Source: Narcine bancroftii (lineage: Eukaryota). From it: a stretch of 64,000 nucleotides of DNA. Below the pieces are notes generated by a model. That model had not been told where the DNA came from, did no database searches, and was given only the letters and a program-made list of their open reading frames with translations. The stretch lies in contig NC_091480.1 of the NCBI RefSeq assembly GCF_036971445.1, positions 11,098,001-11,162,000 of the forward strand, given 5' to 3'. Shown here one piece after another: positions 61,274-64,000 of the stretch. Every line of letters begins with the position of its first letter. The stretch's first letter is position 1. Position numbers and translations under genes: made by a program.

Positions 61274-61929
61274 CACCTATGGCGTCCTATATTATAAGTT
61301 CTCTGTGGTTAGTAAGGGATTACTTAAGGTGTTATGTGAGTGGGAAAGAAAGATTTACACCCTTACAAACCGTAGATATATTTCCCTTGGTTGTGAATAC
61401 ATTCAGCAGTTGTACAAGGTTGAGAATTCCATAAGTTCATGATCCCACGAAAGAAGAAATTCCTCCTCTTCTCGACGTTGTGGGCTTATTCTCTTTACCA
61501 AAACTTTTGCATTGATATAACGCCCAACGATTACAAGCCAGACAGAAGTGCCAAGAAGTCCTGACAATTTATAAGATTATTAATAGGCTTTCACCCACAG
61601 ATATGAGAAAAAAAACTGTTAAATCAATAAGATTGTCATAAATTTTTGAAAATAGCTTCAGATTCAATTTTGGGTTATCTGGAATTATTGATGTAAACTT
61701 GTTTCATGAAAAACCAATTTCAAATTGCCAGTCAGATAATTCTTTAGAGATACCTGATGGGACTATATCTGGTCTGGTTTTCTTTGTCCAAGGAAGGTTG
61801 TACTTGGGATAAACTGGTCAAGATTGGTAAAGGCTCCATTAATGTCATGTAATACTACATGAAATTCTTTAACTTTCATCTAACGTAAGGCAGATAGAGA
61901 GTCGCCCCTTTGTCCAGCGCCCATCGCAG

Positions 61930-62028
61930 AAACCTACAGCACCTGGTGTTCCTCGGTGGTCTCCCCTCCAAGTGCTGACCAGTCCTGGGGCTGCTTAGCT
62001 TCTGAGATCAGACAATCCCAGGCTATTT
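61930..62028 (-). pseudogene. 5S rRNA-derived sequence, head of a SINE-like chimera (61826-62028)
   Basis: cctacagcacctggtgttcctcggtggtctcccctccaagtgctgaccagtcc..ctgcttagcttctgagatcagac is antisense to the 3' ~100 nt of 5S rRNA, including the A/IE/C internal promoter region. The 5' end is missing or diverged. Confidence 0.88.
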
Positions 62029-62329
62029 GGTGCAGTGACCTTGACCTGAGGTGAATGTGGAAAACTGTTTACATCAGTGATCAAGTTCTCTTCACCGTAA
62101 TGTTATGAAAATCATCTTAAAGCACTTATTTACTTCAATTTAATCCAAATTGATTGCTGGGATGAATGAATGGTCCCATAAGGAAAGGAAAGCAATCTGG
62201 CCCTGTGCTCCACTGAGTTGAGAAGACAGAGGTGATAAACAGTAGATAGAAGCATAGGTGGGTTGTCTAGAACCAGGCCGATAATCTCAAAAAAGCTAAA
62301 CAGGAAAGTTTCTGGGATTGAGAGTGGTG

Positions 62330-63060
62330 CAAAAAAAGTGTTGGAGAAACTCAACAGGCCATGTTGTTTAGGAAGTGAAGGGTAACCAACATTTCATGCC
62401 TGGGCAGAATATGAGCATAGAATAGGCAGGTGTCTCAATATAAAGGTGGGGTGAAGGGGGTAGTAGAGGAGGGAGGGAGGAAGGGGCAGGGAAAGGAGTG
62501 CAGGCTAACAGGTTGATACAGGTCACAGATTAGAAGAAAAGGAAAAGCTGAGGTGATTGGGGGAAGGCAGATATTTGATAGGAGAAGAAAGGGAAGGGAT
62601 GGTGAACTGGAGGAAAGGAGACAGGAGACAGAGAAGGGGATTGGAGAAGTTGGTGTTAATGGTTGTAGAGTGCCCAGTCAGAATACAAGGTATTGTTCAG
62701 TTTGGCAGTGCATGAGACCATGGATAGGCATGTCGGAGTGGGAATAGTGTGTGGAATTAACCCCGCCCCTGAGTCTCCCTCTTTCCCTATCCTTCTATCT
62801 CCTTTCCTCCAGGCCCCCACCTATCAGAGAGCTACTGTCCCCTATTATTTTTCAGGTACCCTCTCACCTGCATCCATCTGTGAATTCTTTCCTGTCAGCC
62901 TGTGCTCCTCCTTCCTCTCCCCCCTCCTTTTTGGTCTGGCCGCTGCCTGTTTTTTCCACTCGTACTGTTGACGAAGGGCACAGGCTTGAAACGCTGGTTA
63001 ACCTTTATTTCCTGAAGACGGTGCGTGACCTGCTGGGCTTCTCCAGCTCCTTTTGTGTGT
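62330..63060. mobile_element. Two Penelope-like fragments in inverted orientation (minus ~62330-62760, plus ~62760-63060)
   Basis: Purine-rich then pyrimidine-rich halves, with terminal inverted motifs ggagaaactcaacagg / cctgctgggcttctcc. Confidence 0.62.
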
Positions 63061-63346
63061 GAAGTACCATCTCAAAATAAAGAACTGGCCATTCAACACT
63101 GGGATTCTCTAGTACCCTTGGCCCAGAGGGAACTGGATCTTTGGAATTCCCTACTGAAGAAGGGTGCGAGGGCTCTGAATGTATTCAATGCAACAATAAA
63201 TAGATAGTTGGAAATGTCAGTAATTGAGGGATAATAGACAGTTCAGGAAATAGGAATGAAGTACAAGACAGCCATTGAATATCAGAGCAGGTATAAGGGG
63301 CTGAATGGCCTACATCTGCTTTTAAATCTGATACTTTCTGGCACGT

Positions 63347-63707
63347 ACCCTATATACTCGTGTAATAATCGATCGCGTGTAATATTCGACCCCACCCCCC
63401 TCCCCACTTTTTTACCTAAAAATTGTGTGTTTTCCATATGGCCCGTGTAAATGTCGATTCCCCCTATCTTTGGCCCCAACTGCCCAACCATCCAAGCTCC
63501 CAGCATCCCGACCGTGGTTCCCCGCCCCAGCCACTCACCCATCCGAGCACTTGATGCCCTGACCTACTCCTAGCACCCAGTCCTGGCCACCTGAGCTCCC
63601 GCAAGCCTTGAATGACACAGGTACTTACTGTGGTTAAAAGTGTAACAGTCGAACCCCAACCCCCCCCTCAAACTTAACCCAAAAATTTTGTCCAAAAAGC
63701 TTGACTT
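63347..63707. mobile_element. TcMar-Tc2/pogo-like non-autonomous DNA transposon, interrupted
   Basis: TA|CCCTATATACTCGTGTAATAATCGA resembles the CCGTATATACTCGAGTATAAGTCGA terminus, with repeated gt(g)taa..tcga subterminal motifs. Confidence 0.6.
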
Positions 63708-64000
63708 TGTTTGGTGTTCTGTGGAGCAGTAAGCAAACACAAAACACAAGAAGACTGTACTACAAGCTTTAATCAGCTCAAACTCCATACACACCAGTCT
63801 TAATATCTTTGTTGGCTCCATGTGTGCCTGGCTGCCCTTTGCTGGCTCCACCTGTCCGACTGACCCTGGGAGGGGCCGGCTCAAGTCTATGTACAGGCCA
63901 GTGATTGACAGCCAGCCAGGTGGGGCTCGCCTCCCAGGTTGCCATGTGCAGGTACAGTGATTGCCTCCTGCAGTAGGCTGGTAGGGATGCAGCCAGTGTA
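63708..64000 (-). mobile_element. Possible LTR (Gypsy-type), running to the window end
   Basis: Begins TGT abruptly within the Tc2-like element and has ATTAAA on the minus strand near 63770. Confidence 0.4.

Noticed and set aside
61930-62028. Functional 5S rRNA gene
   Set aside because: Many substitutions, missing 5' end, not in a tandem array, and fused to a LINE-type tail.

Overview
Eukaryotic, repeat-rich, apparently intronic or intergenic DNA. The repeat set (CR1, Rex1/Babar, RTE, L1, Penelope-like elements, HE1/V-SINE-like and Deu-domain SINEs) points to a cartilaginous fish, probably a ray or skate; this is an inference. Positions 1-14623 recur almost identically at 15479-30112 across a 200-N gap (14624-14823), most likely two haplotypes assembled in tandem. 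No host protein-coding gene could be named. There is a CpG-rich island at the start of each copy and three candidate + strand exons (36205-36305, 39662-39761, 58682-58695). The only long protein-like ORF is a 5'-truncated RTE reverse transcriptase (49224-50240). Notable observations: a tRNA-Thr(TGT) head and a 5S rRNA head fused at the same point to the same ~105-bp LINE-type tail (a head-swapped SINE pair); a composite hAT MITE carrying a captured spacer; a palindrome-perfecting dinucleotide difference between the two copies; Chapaev3 and Tigger deletion derivatives; degenerate hammerhead motifs in Penelope-derived repeats; and a 4x125-bp tandem array of a TE junction. All family assignments come from recalled motifs, not database searches, and repeat boundaries are approximate unless termini are quoted.
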